Source: Octopus sinensis (Eukaryota). From it: 64,000 bases of DNA. Both the position numbers and the translations under genes were made by a program. Location: the NCBI RefSeq assembly GCF_006345805.1, contig NC_043005.1, forward strand, positions 25,482,001 to 25,546,000, written 5' to 3'. Position 1 is the first letter of the stretch. Every line of letters starts with the position of its first letter. Shown here in pieces: positions 61,224 to 64,000 of this stretch. The notes beneath the pieces are model-generated. The model searched no databases. It was not told the DNA's origin and was given only the letters and a program-made list of their open reading frames with translations.

Positions 61224-61690
61224 GTCACTGCGAATGGTTCCAGAAGATATAGAAATCCTTGCTTCGGATAGAGTCGGATGGCGAACAACGGTGCTGAGTG
61301 GAGTGAAAGCATTTGAAGAAGCTAGGATAACACAAGACTCAAAATAGATCTGAGGAAGAATGTAACGATGGAGAAGGCGAATGACAATAACATTTCTGTG
61401 TGCCTACTGCGAACGCATGGAAAACGAACCTCCATTCTGCATGTATATCTGTGCACACCATTGAATGCGATGTATGTCAGAAGGTTCGCAAATCCCACGG
61501 AGGCCTCAAAACACATTTTAAGATCCACAAAGATCAGAACTTATACGCAGCTCTTGGTGGTCCAATTCGGCTACGCAATCTATGTGGCTGTCTTTTCAGA
61601 ATACATGCTGGTTAAAAAAGCGACATCAGATGGCATGATGGTGCAAATGTATAGATAGATGCAGGAAGTGGTCAAACTCTGCGTAAGGAG
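61222..61690 (+). pseudogene. 3' remnant of an RTE-clade LINE with C-terminal C2H2-type zinc finger(s)
   Basis: ASDRVGWRTTVLSGVKAFEEARI (RTE C-terminal signature) and CDVCQKVRKSHGGLKTHFKIH. Confidence 0.7.
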
Positions 61691-61853
61691 TAGACCATCA
61701 CCATATATATGTATATGTATATGTATATATATATGTGTGTATGTATATATATATATAAATATGTATATATAAAAGTGTATACATATATATATATATGTAT
61801 ATTCATATATACATGTGTGTGTATGTATACATATATGTATGTATGTATGTATA

Positions 61854-61896
<43 letters not shown>

Positions 61897-61986
61897 AATA
61901 TGTATATTTATATATACATGTGTATGTATACATATATGTATATATTAATATATAAATATGTATATATATGTGTGTATGTATGTATA

Positions 61987-62376
61987 TCTCTCTCTATATA
62001 AACGGCAGTTGTCTGTCTGCGTGTCTGCGTGTCTGTGTGTCTGTTAGGTTGTACCCTCACCCTGACCACGGCTTTCAACCAATTCTGATGAAACTTGACA
62101 CACACATAGCCCAATGTCATAATTCAAAACTAACGCAGCGAAAATTTGGAAAAGTTCCCCCAGTTCTGAAAAAATCGATAAATTCGACATGGGGTCGAGA
62201 ATCAGAAACACAAACCACAGACTGTCTAGGGGACGCAACTCGACCTTTTTAACTCTCAAAAAGAAATTTACCATAGTTTTTTTTCCATTTTTTGCTATTT
62301 TTTGGCTATAACTCTCTAAAAATGTTCTATAGTTATTTCCCTTACAAACCCGAGCAACGCCGGGCGATACTGCTAG
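61987..62376 (+). mobile_element. Non-autonomous Helitron, second copy
   Basis: A|TC start, hairpin cccgagcaacgccggg, CTAG|T end. Near-identical to 18420-18799. Confidence 0.85.
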
Positions 62377-62424
<48 letters not shown>

Positions 62425-62429
62425 TGTAT

Positions 62430-63095
62430 AAAGCAAGTCCTAGCAAGACCACTGCAGTCAATCTTCCAGAGCTTCCTTGCAACTGGTAAATTTCAAAACA
62501 AGCCGGAGGAAGGTAGAATATGCCCTATTCATAAAAGGGATAGCAGAACAGAGGCTACAAACCTATCTCTCTGACCCCGCCCATCAGCAATGTCATGGAA
62601 CGAAAGGAAAATGACCCGCTAATTGACATCCATCATCGTCTCTGACCAGGAAGGAGCTGCCTGACTCAGCTCTTACAACACTGTGACTGAGTGTTGAAAC
62701 AGCTGCTCAACCACTCAAATGTGTGTGTGATATATCTCGATCATGCAAATGCCTTCGATAAAGTCGATCCTGGAATGATATATTACTGCGTGATCTCGTC
62801 GTAGTCGGGAAATTAGGAGAATGGCTGCATGATTTTCTGAAGGATAGAAGTCAGATGGTAGTAGACAATGTGGCCACCTCCAATGACACGCAAATAGTGA
62901 GTGGTGTTACGCAAGGCACTGCATTGCGACTACTACAGTTCATAATGGCCCTCTCAGTTATGCCCTCAGCCACACGGAGAGCCACGATCACACGTTATGC
63001 AGATGATACAAAAGTCCTACAGTTGAAACAGATCACTGAAGACGTTATGCACCTGCAATGTGATAAAACATACAAGTGGGCTGAGAAGAATACAT
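62430..63095 (+). pseudogene. Decayed CR1/L2-group RT fragment related to 2570-4250
   Basis: GKLGEWLHDFLKDRSQMVV, VSGVTQGT, RYADDTKV. Confidence 0.82.
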
Positions 63096-63135
63096 ATATG
63101 TGTATATATATATATATATACCATTAATATTGTGA

Positions 63136-63565
63136 GAAAAAATGGAGAAAGATGGCTGTATGAATAATTTATTTGTATGATATAAAGATGTTGAGATCTT
63201 TTTAAAAGTAACAATACAAATAAATAAGTTGTAAATCTTAAAATGACATGGAAGATGCGAAAAAGATATTTTGTAGGCACCTTTTCAAGAAATCTGTTGA
63301 ACTTTCTTCTATAAGCTCATAAAAAATCTTGACGAACTTCTGCCCTATATAGTTAAAATTGATGCCATTCTTACCATATAATCAAAGGCTTCGGATAACA
63401 TATCAACTAGGTGCGAGATCCGAAACGTATATATAGGTTATTTTCGCATCTCCCATTTCTTTTTGGGTTTTATATAATTTATTTGTATTGTTGTTTTCAA
63501 AAAATTTCAACATCTTTACATCATACAAATAAATTATTCATACCTCCATCTGTCTCCATTTTCTA
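63136..63565. repeat. Diverged ~128-bp-arm inverted repeat (foldback/MITE-like)
   Basis: 63136-63264 pairs with 63440-63565, e.g. gtatgaataatttatttgtatga / tcatacaaataaattattcatac. Confidence 0.78.
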
Positions 63566-63726
63566 TGTATTACTACAATAATCCCTAACATATCGTAGAG
63601 ACTTTCTCATTATTTGATAGGGATTAACCAGTGGAATTTTTGGGATCATTTAATCCTTAATATAGACCTAACATCCTCGAGTTGACTATATATATATATA
63701 TATGTGTGTGGTGTGTGTGTGTGTGT

Positions 63727-63766
<40 letters not shown>

Positions 63767-64000
63767 TGTGTGTGTGTGTGTTTGTGAGTCTGTGTGTGTT
63801 ATAAATCAGAGCAAAGAGTAAATGGTTGTCATTATAATACTCAGAGATTAGAATGTCGGAGCGAAGAACTCGATACATTCTCGTCAGCTATTAAAGACCT
63901 GCGCCCACTAAATGGAGCCTGTATGACCGAGGCCATTATTTATGTTACTACTGTAAGTTCCTCCAACTCTAATAATACAGTTTCATCCAATAGATATGTG

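Noticed and set aside
1-64000. CRISPR array, rRNA, intact tRNA, TnpB/Fanzor or other RNA-guided nuclease
   Set aside because: No constant repeat with unique regular spacers, no rRNA-like sequence, and no RuvC-type motif pattern in any ORF. The only tRNA-like stretches are SINE heads.

Overview
AT-rich, microsatellite-saturated eukaryotic DNA that looks intergenic or intronic. The SINE families resemble those I know from octopod cephalopods (Octopus); this is recognition, not a search result. I found no convincing host protein-coding exon, rRNA, intact tRNA or CRISPR array, and most ORFs in the track are translated microsatellites. The window is mainly nested mobile DNA: (1) a full-length CR1-group LINE at 53107-57615 (-) whose six frameshifts all fall in homopolymer runs, so it may be intact; (2) several R4/Dong-type restriction-like-endonuclease LINE pieces embedded in (TAA)n tracts, together with an unclassified ~555-bp non-coding element that has the same (TAA)n preference and a fixed 3' end; (3) a decayed full-length piggyBac (9022-13259) split by an ORF1-retaining L1/Tx1 derivative; (4) an internally deleted mariner, non-autonomous Helitrons and Helentron-type elements, a MITE, CR1 and RTE remnants, and many tRNA-derived SINEs. 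The most interesting hidden signal is five dispersed Penelope-like terminal repeats carrying a minimal type I hammerhead-ribozyme fold with a consistent CUGUNGA core variant, plus a second hammerhead family at 60073-60109. Two islands (about 6087-7455 and 31517-32505) look compositionally random and match nothing else in the window. Repeat boundaries were read by eye and may be off by 10-20 nt unless a TSD or TIR is quoted.
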